From: an uncultured Alphaproteobacteria bacterium
GTDB lineage: Bacteria > Pseudomonadota > Alphaproteobacteria > HIMB59
Direction of reading: 5' to 3'
Assembly: GCA_902611415.1 (NCBI GenBank)
Contig: CACLZM010000004.1
Span: 7,628 to 71,627, forward strand
Length of the DNA: 64,000 nt
Part shown: piece after piece, positions 1 to 10,939 of the stretch
Layout of the letters: each line of letters starts with the position of its first letter
How positions within the stretch are numbered: the stretch's first letter is position 1
Made by a program: the position numbers and the translations under genes
The notes under the pieces: generated by a model
Told to the model about the DNA's origin: nothing
Databases searched by the model: none
The model's input: the letters and a program-made list of their open reading frames with translations, nothing else

Positions 1-1
1 A

Positions 2-2110
2 GAGGAAGCTGCGGGAATACTTGGTCTACAATCCAGAAGACATGATGCAGAGTTGAGGTTGAAAGGTGCCAATAATAATCTATTGAGGGTAGAGGATGTT
101 ATTCAAACATACGAAGAACAATTAGCTATTCTTAAAAAACAAGCTAAAGAAGCTGAAAGATTCAGAAATATATCAACTTTAATCAAGAATGCAGAAGCGT
201 CAGTATTTTTCGTAAAAAGAAATGAACTTCAACTTATTCTTGAGAGACTTAATGAAGAAAAAGATAAAATAAAAATAAAACTCACTGATTTCCAGGGTGA
301 TGTATCAATTCAAGATCAAGCTTATGAAGATTTAAAAGTTAAAATTCCACCAATGAGAGAGAAATCATACTCATTGAATAGTGAACTTGATAGGTTGAAT
401 ATGACTGTAGAAAATCTTAAACAGGAAGAATTACGTTTTGAAGAGCACAAAATAAACCTCGAGCATCGTGTAAAACAACTTAATCAAGACTTACAAATTG
501 AGCAAACACAATTTGAAGAAACGACCAGTAAAATCAAAACTATTAGGAAAGATATTGAAGATTTATCCTCTAAGGAATTTGAAGCTGAAAATCGAGACAG
601 TAACGTCAATCAATCAGATAGAAGTTTATTAAACAATATTTCATTTGATAAAAAATACGAAAATGCAGTAGCTGCTATTTTTGGTAAAGAACTTTTAGCA
701 TCATTGGAACCTGATGATATTTATTATTGGGGAGAACACTCAGTTGAGCAGGATAATAAAGAGTTTAGTTTTCATTGTGAACCAGCTTCTAAAGTTATTA
801 AAGCTCCAAACCAAGTAATGAATAAACTTAATAATGTTGCAATTGTGTCTTCAAAAAAAGAAGGTTTAGTAAATCATACCAAAATAAATATTGGACAAGC
901 TATAGTCGATTTAGAGGGTAATTTTTGGCGTTGGGATGGACTTTTTATTTCAAGTAGTTATGAGGCTAATATTTCCACAATACTGTCAGAATTAAAAGAA
1001 AAGAGACTAAACGATCTTAAAAAGCAAGTTCTTGAGTGGGAAAGAATTTTAGAGGTCACTGTTCAAAAAACTGACGACTTAAATCAAAGAATAAAAACTG
1101 CTAAGGAAGAATTAGAAATTTCTGAAAACAATCCAGGAGATATTGATAGCAAAAGACAATTTTTACTTAATAAAATTAAGCAACTAGATGACGAAAAAAA
1201 ACTTTTTGACAATAAATTACAAGAGCATGAAAATCTTTTAGAAAGCCTCTCAAAAGAGTTGAGAAATAAAGAACAAAATTACTCTGTTGTAAAGGAGGAG
1301 TTAATACGAAAGGAGTCAGAAATTTCAAATTATTCAAATAATTTAACTCAGCTCGCACAATCATGTAGAGAAAAAATTAATGTTGATTTATTAAATTTAG
1401 AAAATGAGGTAGATAAATTCAAAAGAGATGAAGATTTAGAGACCGCAGAGAAAAGAGTATTAAGATTAAACGCTGAAAGGGAAAGAATTGGTGCTGTAAA
1501 CTTACTTGCTGAAGATGAATACATAAAATTAAGAGAAAAAGTTGATGAAACAATTAAAGATAAAAATGAAATCCAAGAATCCATAGAAAAATTACATGAG
1601 GCAATTAATAAAATTAATAAAGAGGGTGTATTGAGACTTAAAGAAGCTTTTAAAATTGTTAATGAAAATTTCGAGAGACTATTCACTAAGTTATTTGGTG
1701 GAGGTAAAGCATATCTAAAACTTATCCAAAATGATGAAGATCCTTTAAACTCTGGTTTAGAAATATTTGCCAGTCCTCCAGGTAAGAAAATGCAAAATAT
1801 AACTTTATTATCAGGAGGTGAACAGGCTTTAACTGCAATTTCATTATTATTTGCCGTATTTATAGCGAACCCATCACCTTTTTGTATATTGGATGAGGTT
1901 GATGCTCCTCTAGATGACAATAATGTGGATAGATTTTGCAGTATGGTCGAAGAAATTTCAGAAAAAGTTCAAACCAAATTTATTATTGTTACTCATAATC
2001 GAATGACAATGTCTAGAGTAGACAGACTCTATGGTGTTACAATGCCCGAGGAAGGAATTTCTCAAATAGTCTCTGTTGAATTAGAAGAAGCCGTAAAGTA
2101 CGCTGAATAA
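2..2110 (+). CDS. smc: Chromosome segregation protein SMC (5'-truncated by window edge)
   Basis: Frame is open from base 2 (EEAAGILGLQSRRH...). Long coiled coils, hinge-like GNFWRWDG segment, ABC signature LSGGEQ and Walker B/D-loop CILDEVDAPLD. Confidence 0.95.
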   Translation, partial: EEAAGILGLQSRRHDAELRLKGANNNLLRVEDVIQTYEEQLAILKKQAKEAERFRNISTLIKNAEASVFFVKRNELQLILERLNEEKDKIKIKLTDFQGDVSIQDQAYEDLKVKIPPMREKSYSLNSELDRLNMTVENLKQEELRFEEHKINLEHRVKQLNQDLQIEQTQFEETTSKIKTIRKDIEDLSSKEFEAENRDSNVNQSDRSLLNNISFDKKYENAVAAIFGKELLASLEPDDIYYWGEHSVEQDNKEFSFHCEPASKVIKAPNQVMNKLNNVAIVSSKKEGLVNHTKINIGQAIVDLEGNFWRWDGLFISSSYEANISTILSELKEKRLNDLKKQVLEWERILEVTVQKTDDLNQRIKTAKEELEISENNPGDIDSKRQFLLNKIKQLDDEKKLFDNKLQEHENLLESLSKELRNKEQNYSVVKEELIRKESEISNYSNNLTQLAQSCREKINVDLLNLENEVDKFKRDEDLETAEKRVLRLNAERERIGAVNLLAEDEYIKLREKVDETIKDKNEIQESIEKLHEAINKINKEGVLRLKEAFKIVNENFERLFTKLFGGGKAYLKLIQNDEDPLNSGLEIFASPPGKKMQNITLLSGGEQALTAISLLFAVFIANPSPFCILDEVDAPLDDNNVDRFCSMVEEISEKVQTKFIIVTHNRMTMSRVDRLYGVTMPEEGISQIVSVELEEAVKYAE

Positions 2111-2346
2111 TGGCAAATGAAGAAGAAAATGATAATAAAAAGCCAAGTATGCAAGGTCTTAGCTTTGCTTATAGAATCTCAACTGAATTACTAGGTGCTT
2201 TAATTGTTTCTGTTGTTATTGGATTGTTGATTGACAAGATGTTTGACAGCAAACCTATTGGTTTAATAACGTTGATAATACTTGGTTTTTTTGCAGGTTT
2301 GTTGAATATTTACAGGCTTATACGTCGCATAGAAAACTCTAAATAA
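2110..2346 (+). CDS. atpI: ATP synthase accessory protein AtpI/AtpZ family
   Basis: Two-TM 78 aa protein (GLLIDKMF..GFFAGLLNIYR) directly before atpB; TAATG overlap with smc. Confidence 0.85.
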   Translation: MANEEENDNKKPSMQGLSFAYRISTELLGALIVSVVIGLLIDKMFDSKPIGLITLIILGFFAGLLNIYRLIRRIENSK

Positions 2347-2363
2347 ATCTGTTTTATTACCTC

Positions 2364-3116
2364 ATGGCTAAGGGTGAGAGTCCTCTCAAACAGTTTGAAA
2401 TACAACCCATTGTTGACATTAACTTTCTAGGTTTTGATATCTCTTTTACTAATTCTGCTCTATGGATGACTATTACAACAGCGTTTATTTTAATTTTTTT
2501 TACAGTGCCTTTTTTAAAAGCAAAAAAAACAAACTCTATAAGTGACCTTTACCCGACCAGAATGCAAGTTGCTGCTGAGCTTGGTTTTAATTTTATAAAT
2601 AGTTTATTAGCAGACACTGTAGGTAAAGAGGGCAAAAAATATTTTCCTTTAGTTTTTACTTTGTTCATGTTTATTTTATTTGGAAATCTTTTTGGTATGA
2701 TTCCTTACAGCTTTACTTTTACTAGCCATATCATAGTGACTTTAGCTCTTGCAATGGGTGTGTTTATTTTTGTTACTGTTTTAGGATTTGTAAAACATGG
2801 CGTAAAATTTTTTAGCTTTTTTGTTATTCCTGGTTTGCCCGTATATATGCTTCCTTTATTGATACCAATTGAAATTATATCTTATCTCTCTAGACCAATA
2901 AGCTTATCTGTTAGACTTTTTGCTAACATGCTTGCTGGTCATACTTTACTTAAAGTTTTTGCAGGGTTTGTCTCTGCACTAGGTTTTTTTGGAATTTTGC
3001 CATTAGTATTCATAATAGCTTTAACAGGTTTAGAAATATTAATTGCATTTTTGCAAGCATATGTTTTTGCAATATTAACATGTTTGTATATTAACGACGC
3101 TTTACACTTACACTAG
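2364..3116 (+). CDS. atpB: F0F1 ATP synthase subunit a
   Basis: SLSVRLFANMLAGH and QAYVF motifs. Confidence 0.97.
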   Translation: MAKGESPLKQFEIQPIVDINFLGFDISFTNSALWMTITTAFILIFFTVPFLKAKKTNSISDLYPTRMQVAAELGFNFINSLLADTVGKEGKKYFPLVFTLFMFILFGNLFGMIPYSFTFTSHIIVTLALAMGVFIFVTVLGFVKHGVKFFSFFVIPGLPVYMLPLLIPIEIISYLSRPISLSVRLFANMLAGHTLLKVFAGFVSALGFFGILPLVFIIALTGLEILIAFLQAYVFAILTCLYINDALHLH

Positions 3117-3136
3117 ATGAACATAAGGAGGTAAAT

Positions 3137-3364
3137 ATGGAACTAGTTGAAGGACTAAAATACTTGGGTGCAGGTTTAGCAGTAATCGGCGTGATCGGTG
3201 CTGGAATTGGTATTGGCAATGTTTTTGCTGCTTTTATTACTGCTGTTGGAAGAAATCCAGCTGCAAGAAACGAAGTTTTTACCATGACAATGTTAGGTTT
3301 TGCCCTAGTTGAAGCTATTGCTTTATTTGCATTGGTTATAGCATTAGTAATTCTGTTTTCTTAA
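3137..3364 (+). CDS. atpE: F0F1 ATP synthase subunit c
   Basis: GAGIGIG, RNP loop, FALVEA; strong SD AAGGAGGT. Confidence 0.97.
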   Translation: MELVEGLKYLGAGLAVIGVIGAGIGIGNVFAAFITAVGRNPAARNEVFTMTMLGFALVEAIALFALVIALVILFS

Positions 3365-3381
3365 CAGGGACTGACTAACGG

Positions 3382-3840
3382 ATGCCTCAATTAGAGCAAG
3401 TAGAGTTTTTTATATCTCAGCTTTTTTGGCTGGGTGTTTTTTTTGTAATACTGTTTACAGTATTGACATACATAACACTTCCTAAAATTAGAGCTTTTTT
3501 GAATCAAAGAGATGATTTTGTAAAATCACATATCTCAAAACAAGATGAATTAATCAAAAAAGCTGAGTCAATAATTGAAAACTACGAAGCAAAACTTACT
3601 GAGGCGAAGAACCAAGCATCACAAATTATTAATGATGCCAAAGATAAAGCCTTAAAAGAAAGTGAAGACTTAATCAAAGCTACGGAAGAAAAGATCCAAC
3701 ATGAAATCAAACAAACTGAGGAAAGAGTCGCTAAAGAAAAGGATACTGCAATATCTGAACTAAACGATCAACTTAAAGACTCAGCAACTAATTTTTTGTC
3801 AAAAGTAACTAACATAGAAAAGGGTAATATCAATCTTTAA
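3382..3840 (+). CDS. atpF2: F0F1 ATP synthase subunit b'
   Basis: MPQL...SQLFWL N-terminus typical of alphaproteobacterial b'; single TM then coiled coil. Confidence 0.9.
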   Translation: MPQLEQVEFFISQLFWLGVFFVILFTVLTYITLPKIRAFLNQRDDFVKSHISKQDELIKKAESIIENYEAKLTEAKNQASQIINDAKDKALKESEDLIKATEEKIQHEIKQTEERVAKEKDTAISELNDQLKDSATNFLSKVTNIEKGNINL

Positions 3841-4325
3841 TGAGCTATTTATTTCAAGATCCTAAGTTCTGGTTATTAATTTCTTTTATTACTTTTGTTA
3901 TTCTGATGATTAAGCCTTTCAAAAGTATGATGATTGGTGGTATTGACTCAAAAATTGAAGAAATTAAGCTTAATATTAATAATTCCTTAGAAACTTATAA
4001 TAAAGCAGAAGAAAAACTCAAAGATGCAGAAAAACAAACTAGAGATTTATCTAATAAAGTGGATGACATTATATCTAACGCAAGATCACAAGCTGAGTCT
4101 ATTTCTAAAAATATTATAGAGAAAACTAATCAAACCATTAAATCAAAAGAAAAAAATTCCCTAGATCGAATTAAACAAATTGAATTATCTGCAATTCAAT
4201 CAATAAAAAGTCAGGCCTCAATAGAATTAAATAAAATTATTGCAAATTATTTTTCTAATCTTTCAGAAGACAATAGATCTAGAATAATAATTAAAAGTGT
4301 ATCTGATTTAAAATCAGTCAATTAA
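3840..4325 (+). CDS. atpF: F0F1 ATP synthase subunit b
   Basis: DPKFWLLISF TM followed by coiled coil; operon position. Confidence 0.9.
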   Translation: MSYLFQDPKFWLLISFITFVILMIKPFKSMMIGGIDSKIEEIKLNINNSLETYNKAEEKLKDAEKQTRDLSNKVDDIISNARSQAESISKNIIEKTNQTIKSKEKNSLDRIKQIELSAIQSIKSQASIELNKIIANYFSNLSEDNRSRIIIKSVSDLKSVN

Positions 4326-4788
4326 TAGCGTAAAATATTTTTATACCTTCGTCATAAGTATCTAAATCAATTTGAATTTTTTCATTTAAATCAAAATTTT
4401 GCCATGTATAACCCTCCCTATCAATTTTGAGATCTTTTGGGTATTGAAATTCAGCTATTGTAATATCCTCACTTAGGTTTGTGACAAAAATCATAAAATC
4501 AACTACATAAGTTTTTTTTTCTTCCTCAGACAAACTTACATTTATTTTGTAGTTAGTAGAAATCTCAACCTTACTCTCGTCTATCAATAAATAACAACTA
4601 AGATTATAGTTATTTTGTAGTTCTATATTGGCATTATCTAAGGTAATAGATCTCGCTTCATATAAAATTAGAGATTGAGGACAATCTTTATTGCTTACTT
4701 TTAATTCTTTTTTTAAAGGATTTGATATTGAACAAGAAACTAAAAAAAAAGTTAATATTAAACATATTATAAATTTATAATTTTTCAT
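4318..4788 (-). CDS. Hypothetical lipoprotein
   Basis: 156 aa ORF with signal peptide and lipobox LVSC. Confidence 0.65.
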   Translation of the reverse strand: MKNYKFIICLILTFFLVSCSISNPLKKELKVSNKDCPQSLILYEARSITLDNANIELQNNYNLSCYLLIDESKVEISTNYKINVSLSEEEKKTYVVDFMIFVTNLSEDITIAEFQYPKDLKIDREGYTWQNFDLNEKIQIDLDTYDEGIKIFYAIN

Positions 4789-4839
4789 TGTTGGATATTA
4801 TGCATCATATATACATTAATTAAAAAATAAAAAAATAAA

Positions 4840-5781
4840 ATGGCAGTTTACACATCAGTAACTTATAAAGATGCCCAAGAATTATTTAGACCCCTCGGAG
4901 AAATTGAGATTCTTGAAGGTATAAAAGAGGGGGTAGAAAATACAAATTATTTAGTAAATTTGACTGACTCTAAAAAATATATATTAACTATTTTTGAAAA
5001 AAGAACTAAAGAAGTTGACTTACCATATTTTAACAATCTTATGAAATTATTTTACGATAACAATATTTCATGTCCGTTAAGTGTAACTATAGACAATAAA
5101 AACTTATTTAAAATTAAAGGGAAACCATGCTGCATATATACTTTTGTTGAAGGTAGACCTTTAAAAGATATAAATAATCAACAATTAAAATCATTAGGAA
5201 AATCGATAGCAGATTTGCATCAAGCTGGAAATAGCTCAAAACTTTTCAGAAAAAATATGATGTTACTACCCACTTGGAAATACATCACCGAAAAGTTTTC
5301 TAATGTTAACCCTAAAATTTATACTGAAGAGTATAAATATATTCTTAAAAATATTGATCACCTTCAAGATAAGTTTCCATATAATTTAAGACAAGTTAAT
5401 ATTCATGCTGATTTATTTAAAGACAATATATTTTTTTTAAATAACCAGGTTTCAGGTTTTATAGATTTCTTTTTTTCTTGTACTGATACTGTAATTTATG
5501 ATTTTGCTACACTTGTTAATGCTTGGTTTTTTAAAAACAATAAATTTTCAGAAAATGATTATTTAAATTTTCTATCATCTTACATGCAAAACTTTGAATT
5601 AAAAATTGAGGAAAAAGATAAATTAAACTTTTATTTAAAGGTAAGTGCTATACGTTTTTTCTTAACAAGACTTTATGACTTGCATTTTAATATTGAAGGG
5701 GATGTAAAACATAAAAATCCTCTAGAATTTTTTGAAATTTTTAAATTTCATGAAAAGAACAATATACAGGACTTTTTTTGA
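4840..5781 (+). CDS. thrB: Homoserine kinase type II
   Basis: MAVYT start, GVENTNY, LTIFE, HADLFKDN, FFLTRLYD. Confidence 0.93.
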   Translation: MAVYTSVTYKDAQELFRPLGEIEILEGIKEGVENTNYLVNLTDSKKYILTIFEKRTKEVDLPYFNNLMKLFYDNNISCPLSVTIDNKNLFKIKGKPCCIYTFVEGRPLKDINNQQLKSLGKSIADLHQAGNSSKLFRKNMMLLPTWKYITEKFSNVNPKIYTEEYKYILKNIDHLQDKFPYNLRQVNIHADLFKDNIFFLNNQVSGFIDFFFSCTDTVIYDFATLVNAWFFKNNKFSENDYLNFLSSYMQNFELKIEEKDKLNFYLKVSAIRFFLTRLYDLHFNIEGDVKHKNPLEFFEIFKFHEKNNIQDFF

Positions 5782-6221
5782 TTAGTGTCTATACAGATGG
5801 TTCTTGTCTAGGAAATCCTGGTAACGGAGGATGGGCATTTTTGATTGTTGTAGATAAGAATATTTGCTATAGAGCTGGTTTCGAACTTAACACCACAAAT
5901 AATCAAATGGAACTAGTTGCTGTTATTAAAGCACTAGAGTTTTTAAAAGAATTTAGAGACATTTCAATTTATACAGATAGCAATTATGTTAAACAGGGTA
6001 TTACAACATGGATAATTAATTGGAAAAAAAATAATTGGAAAACATCAAAAAAACAGCCAGTTAAAAATAAAGAGCTTTGGGAACGATTAGATAAATTAAA
6101 CCTAAGTAAAAATATTAATTGGAGTTGGGTAAAGGCACATAATATCGATGAATTCAATAACCAAGTTGATACACTTGCTAGAAAAGCAGCAGAAACTCTA
6201 ACTGAGTCTTCGTTTAACTAG
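5778..6221 (+). CDS. rnhA: Ribonuclease HI
   Basis: YTDGSCLGNPGNGGW, TTNNQMEL, WVKAH. Confidence 0.96.
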   Translation: MISVYTDGSCLGNPGNGGWAFLIVVDKNICYRAGFELNTTNNQMELVAVIKALEFLKEFRDISIYTDSNYVKQGITTWIINWKKNNWKTSKKQPVKNKELWERLDKLNLSKNINWSWVKAHNIDEFNNQVDTLARKAAETLTESSFN

Positions 6222-7451
6222 TTCAGCTGTTTCAAGGTTATCAATAGGTCCTATTGATGAGAGAGTTAAATTAGAGTCTAGTATTTTTTTTCTTGCTTTT
6301 TCAAGGTCCTCTAATTGCACAGAGTCAATTTTTGAAATAAATTCCTCGGGAGATCTAACCTTATTGTGCATTAAATAACTAGAAGCATTAGATCTACATC
6401 TTGTTGAGATACTTTCCTCTCCCTTTAGAATTCCTACTTTAAATTTAGCTTTAGTCTTCGTTAATTCCTCCTGCGTAAAAGTATTGGCATTAATATTTAA
6501 TTGATCGCAAAGTACGGGTATTAATTCTTTTACTTCCTTATGGCCTGTGCCAGCATAGACATAAAAAATACCTGAGTCAGAAAAGAAATCACCACTGCTG
6601 TATATGCTATAGACTAAACCTCTTTTTTCTCGAATTTCTTGAAATAATCTTGAGGACATACCAGAGCCGAGAAGTGTTGAATAAACCCTTGTTGCATAGT
6701 AAAGGTCTGAATGAATGTCTACACCTTCAAAACCTAGTAATAACTTTACCTGTTCTAAATTTTTCTCTTGACGGTATTCTCCACCAACATAAGAAGATTT
6801 TGGAATATAATCGTCGTCCCCAAGAGGGAGATTTTGGAATTTATCCTCAACAAGTTTAATTATTTTGTCCTCTTCAAAATTTCCTGATACAGAAAACACC
6901 ATTTTTTTTGGGTTATAGAAACCTTTCATAAAACCCTCTACTTCATCCCTTGATATGGACTTTATAATTTCAGCCGTACCCAAAATTGACCTACCCATGG
7001 GTTGGTCCGGGTAAGCTAACTCGTCGAATTTATCAGCAACAATACTATCTGGCTCGTCAGCATACATTCCAATCTCTTGTAATATGACTCCTCTCTCTTT
7101 GTCGAGTTCCTTAGAGTCAAAAGTTGAAAACTGCAAGATATCGCTAATTACGTCTATGGACAGTTCAACATTTTCCTTTAAACCACTCATGTAATAGGCA
7201 GTTATTTCTCTTGAAGTATAGGCATTGTGAGAATTACCTACTAATTCAACCTCTTTTGCTATTTGAGCAGCTGATCTATTTTTTGTTCCTTTGAATGCCA
7301 TGTGCTCTAATAAGTGAGCAACACCATTGATTTCTTTTCGTTCATTTCTTGCACCGACTTTGTTCCACATTCCTACACTTACTGTTTCTACAGTGTTTAC
7401 ATAATCTGTTATCAAGGTCATTCCATTTTTAAGCTTATGAATATTAGGCAT
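6198..7451 (-). CDS. M16 family (pitrilysin/MPP-like) zinc peptidase
   Basis: Inverted zinc motif HLLEH, NAYTS, GSGMSSRLFQEIREKRGL. Confidence 0.93.
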   Translation of the reverse strand: MPNIHKLKNGMTLITDYVNTVETVSVGMWNKVGARNERKEINGVAHLLEHMAFKGTKNRSAAQIAKEVELVGNSHNAYTSREITAYYMSGLKENVELSIDVISDILQFSTFDSKELDKERGVILQEIGMYADEPDSIVADKFDELAYPDQPMGRSILGTAEIIKSISRDEVEGFMKGFYNPKKMVFSVSGNFEEDKIIKLVEDKFQNLPLGDDDYIPKSSYVGGEYRQEKNLEQVKLLLGFEGVDIHSDLYYATRVYSTLLGSGMSSRLFQEIREKRGLVYSIYSSGDFFSDSGIFYVYAGTGHKEVKELIPVLCDQLNINANTFTQEELTKTKAKFKVGILKGEESISTRCRSNASSYLMHNKVRSPEEFISKIDSVQLEDLEKARKKILDSNLTLSSIGPIDNLETAELVKRRLS

Positions 7452-8796
7452 GTGCTTCTATATATTCTCCTAGTTCCTTGTAATTGTTATCTAAAATTAC
7501 AAATTTTTCATCATTAAGAAACTCTATGTTTTTATCATATTTTATATCTTTACCTACTACCTTTTCGACAGTTTCTTGAAATTTTACTGGATGGGCACAA
7601 GCAAGACACATTGCTTTTTTTAAATTTAATTTTTCCGCACATACAATACCAACAGCTGTATGAGGATCTAATAAGATATTGTAATTTTCATATGTAATTT
7701 TAATTTGATTTTCAACCTCTTTAGAAGTTGCACTCTCAGATAAAAATTTTTCAGATAATGACTTATGAATAGTACTTTCTAATTTTTTATTATGTTCATT
7801 GCTTTGAATATTTTGAAAAAGCTCGTTTGTTGCTCTTGGTCCAAGAAGCTCTGCTAAAAGTCTTTCAAAATTACTTGATATTGTTATATCCATGCTAGGG
7901 CTATTAGTTTTTACAACATTGTAAAGATGTAGATCATTATTGCTTATGATTCGATGTAAAATGTTATTCTCATTTGTAGCAACAATTAATTTATTTATTG
8001 GAAATCCCATTGATTTTAGCAAATGGGCAGAATAAATATTTCCAAAATTACCACTTGGTACAACAAAATTATCAATATTATGATTAAGATATGACCATGC
8101 ATAATAAATTGATTGTGGTAACACCCTAAACCAATTAATTGAATTCACTGCAGTAAAGCTATATTTATTATTTATACCCCTGTCTCTAAATAGTTTTTTT
8201 ACTAAATTTTGACAATCATCAAAACTTCCATTCAGGGCAATATTAAAGACATTATTGCCTCCACTCGTTGTCATTTGTTTTCTTTGGAAGAGAGATGTGG
8301 AGTTATGAGGATGCAGAATAAAAATACTAACATTTTCAATATCTTTAAAGGCTTGAATTGCTGCAGAACCGGTATCGCCAGAAGTTGCTCCGATTACTAT
8401 TAATTTTCTATCTAGTTTCTTTAAATAGTATTCATATATTTTAGCTAACAAACACATAGCGTAATCTTTAAAAGCTAGTGTCGGACCATGAAATAAATTC
8501 AATAGATCATTGTCACCTATGTTTGATATTGAAACAATTTCTTTATCAAATTTAGAATAAGCCTCTTCGATAATCTTTTTAATTATTGGAGCTTCAAATA
8601 AATCTGATAAATAAGGGGTTAAGATGAAATTTGCTATTTCAAAATAATTTTTTCCTTTTAGTTCATTTATTTGATTATTACTAAATTTAGGAATTTCGTT
8701 TGGAATAAATAAACCTCCATCTGGTGCTAGGCCGAAATTCAGTACCTGCTCAGCAGAGTATTCTTTTTTATCATCTCGTGTACTTATGTATTTCAT
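7444..8796 (-). CDS. thrC: Threonine synthase
   Basis: MKYISTR, GLAPDGGL, FHGPTLAFKD, ATSGDTG, NSINW. Confidence 0.96.
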   Translation of the reverse strand: MKYISTRDDKKEYSAEQVLNFGLAPDGGLFIPNEIPKFSNNQINELKGKNYFEIANFILTPYLSDLFEAPIIKKIIEEAYSKFDKEIVSISNIGDNDLLNLFHGPTLAFKDYAMCLLAKIYEYYLKKLDRKLIVIGATSGDTGSAAIQAFKDIENVSIFILHPHNSTSLFQRKQMTTSGGNNVFNIALNGSFDDCQNLVKKLFRDRGINNKYSFTAVNSINWFRVLPQSIYYAWSYLNHNIDNFVVPSGNFGNIYSAHLLKSMGFPINKLIVATNENNILHRIISNNDLHLYNVVKTNSPSMDITISSNFERLLAELLGPRATNELFQNIQSNEHNKKLESTIHKSLSEKFLSESATSKEVENQIKITYENYNILLDPHTAVGIVCAEKLNLKKAMCLACAHPVKFQETVEKVVGKDIKYDKNIEFLNDEKFVILDNNYKELGEYIEAHA

Positions 8797-10232
8797 TTAA
8801 CAAATCTATCTACCAAATGCTCTAAATAATATTTTGGGTTTAAATTCTCACCAGAAATGCTTTGTAACATTTCATCAGATGAATATAAAGAAGCTTTTTG
8901 ATGGATATTAGTATTTAACCAAACGATTAAATTATTTATATTTTCCTCATTAGGGTTGTCTAAAAAAATATCAAATATAGGGCAATTAAATTTAATTTGT
9001 GATGATATCATTGCACCAAGTGCATAAGTAGGGAAATAACCAAATATACCTTCATACCAATGAATATCTTGGAGAACCCCTTCTGTCTCTGAAATAAGAT
9101 TTATTGACAAATGATTTAAATAGTTTTCATTCCATAAATTTTTTATATCTTTAAATTTAATTTTGTTTTTAAATATCTCTTTTTCAATTTTATACCTGAT
9201 GTAAACATGTATCGGGTAAGAAAATTCATCAGCACTTACCCTTATAGGATTAATTCTCACGGTATGATAGTGCTCTAAAAACGATTTTTCCAAATCTTTA
9301 GAGTTATCAAAAATCTTGTTTATAATTTTAAAATAAACCTTTGATTTAAAGATATGATTTTCAAAAAAAAGAGATTGGCTTTCATGGACACTTAAACTAC
9401 GAGATTGACCCAATGGTTCATAAAGATATTCATTAGGTCGGTTCTGCTCATAAACTCCATGGCCAGTCTCATGAAATAATGCTGATAAGGACTCTAATAT
9501 ATTATCTTCAAACCTAGTTGTTATCCTTACATCATTTGTAGCTCCTCCACAAAAAGGATGATGAGATTGGTCAATTCTACCTCTATCAAAATCAAAGTTG
9601 AGTTGTTCTAATTTTACTTTTACCATTTTTAATATTTCTGAGTCTGAAATATTTGATTTGTAAATATGAGGTGATTTAATTTTTTTAACATCCAAATATT
9701 TAGGTATTATTTCACCCTCAATTATTGAAAAAACTTGGTCGATCTTTGATGAGTCATAATCCATATCATATTTTGAAATTAAAGAGTCATAAGGTGATAG
9801 ATTAGTAGCCTTAGCTAATTGAGACGCTTCCTCATGTACTAAATCTAATAGATCATTGAAATCTTTTTCAATTATTGCAGAGTCATTTTTTGATCTAGCC
9901 TCTCTCCATAAGTGCTCACAAGTTATTTTTTTTTTTATCAGTAGAGTTTTCAAATCTGGGTCAATAGCATTTTCTTTGACGATAATACTCTTCATTAATT
10001 TTAAAGACATAATATCTGCTTCGCTTAATTTTGTATTCTCAGCTTTTTGAATTTCTTCTTGAATATCTTCGCTTCTAAATATTCTATCTGTAAAGTTAGA
10101 TAAAATAGACATTTGCTCTAATCTAGACTCGATACTTTTTTTTGGTAGATTAGTTGCGTTATCCCAAAATAAAAGACCACTGACGTCATTCAACACATAG
10201 TAGCTTTTAAAATACTCTTTGAGTTTATTCAT
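8793..10232 (-). CDS. M32 carboxypeptidase (Taq-type)
   Basis: HPF, HETGH, HESQS, QDIHW, GYFPTY motifs. Confidence 0.93.
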   Translation of the reverse strand: MNKLKEYFKSYYVLNDVSGLLFWDNATNLPKKSIESRLEQMSILSNFTDRIFRSEDIQEEIQKAENTKLSEADIMSLKLMKSIIVKENAIDPDLKTLLIKKKITCEHLWREARSKNDSAIIEKDFNDLLDLVHEEASQLAKATNLSPYDSLISKYDMDYDSSKIDQVFSIIEGEIIPKYLDVKKIKSPHIYKSNISDSEILKMVKVKLEQLNFDFDRGRIDQSHHPFCGGATNDVRITTRFEDNILESLSALFHETGHGVYEQNRPNEYLYEPLGQSRSLSVHESQSLFFENHIFKSKVYFKIINKIFDNSKDLEKSFLEHYHTVRINPIRVSADEFSYPIHVYIRYKIEKEIFKNKIKFKDIKNLWNENYLNHLSINLISETEGVLQDIHWYEGIFGYFPTYALGAMISSQIKFNCPIFDIFLDNPNEENINNLIVWLNTNIHQKASLYSSDEMLQSISGENLNPKYYLEHLVDRFVK

Positions 10233-10896
10233 ATTTTCTTCTTATAATTAACAGCATAACGATACTTGACAAGCTAAGCAAAAACCAAGTTATTGAATAA
10301 TTCAAATGATTATTTCTCAAAAATATAAGGGGATTAAAGGTATATTTAGATACCCTATCATCTAGAAGAACAAAATAATATTTGGATAGGAATGAATGTT
10401 GATAGAATTGATTAAAATCAGTTTTATTAACAGAGTACCAAGTATTATTGGACAAATCATTCTCTGGCGTAAAATAAGGTTTATCTGAATTGAAATCTCT
10501 TATGTATACCTTAGGGTTGTCTATTAATTGAAATCTATTAATGATATTTTGAACTTGATCAACGTCTTTGTCTAAAAACCATCCAAAATTAATAACACTA
10601 TATATAGTATTTTTATACTTTACCGGAAGTATTAGGTGATAACCTGGTTTTCCTTTAAATATTTTTGACTCCAAATAAATTGGTTTATTAAATATTGTAT
10701 AATTATCATCTAGTTTTACTGAAACTAAATTATTGTAGTTTAGATCACCAGAAAACAAAGAGGGATTGAGAATTGAATTACGTATATTGTCCATTAAATC
10801 ATTTTTCCAATTTAGTCGGTAAAGTTGCCATGAACCTAAGATAAAGGTTAAAATAGAAATTCCTATAAATACAAATGTTAATGATGACTTATTCAT
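10225..10896 (-). CDS. surf1: SURF1 family cytochrome oxidase assembly protein
   Basis: LGSWQLYRLNWK and NNHLNYSITWF; in cox operon. Confidence 0.9.
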   Translation of the reverse strand: MNKSSLTFVFIGISILTFILGSWQLYRLNWKNDLMDNIRNSILNPSLFSGDLNYNNLVSVKLDDNYTIFNKPIYLESKIFKGKPGYHLILPVKYKNTIYSVINFGWFLDKDVDQVQNIINRFQLIDNPKVYIRDFNSDKPYFTPENDLSNNTWYSVNKTDFNQFYQHSFLSKYYFVLLDDRVSKYTFNPLIFLRNNHLNYSITWFLLSLSSIVMLLIIRRKYE

Positions 10897-10939
10897 AAAT
10901 AAAATTTTAGTTTAAATATAAAAGATAAAAATGTTTGGT

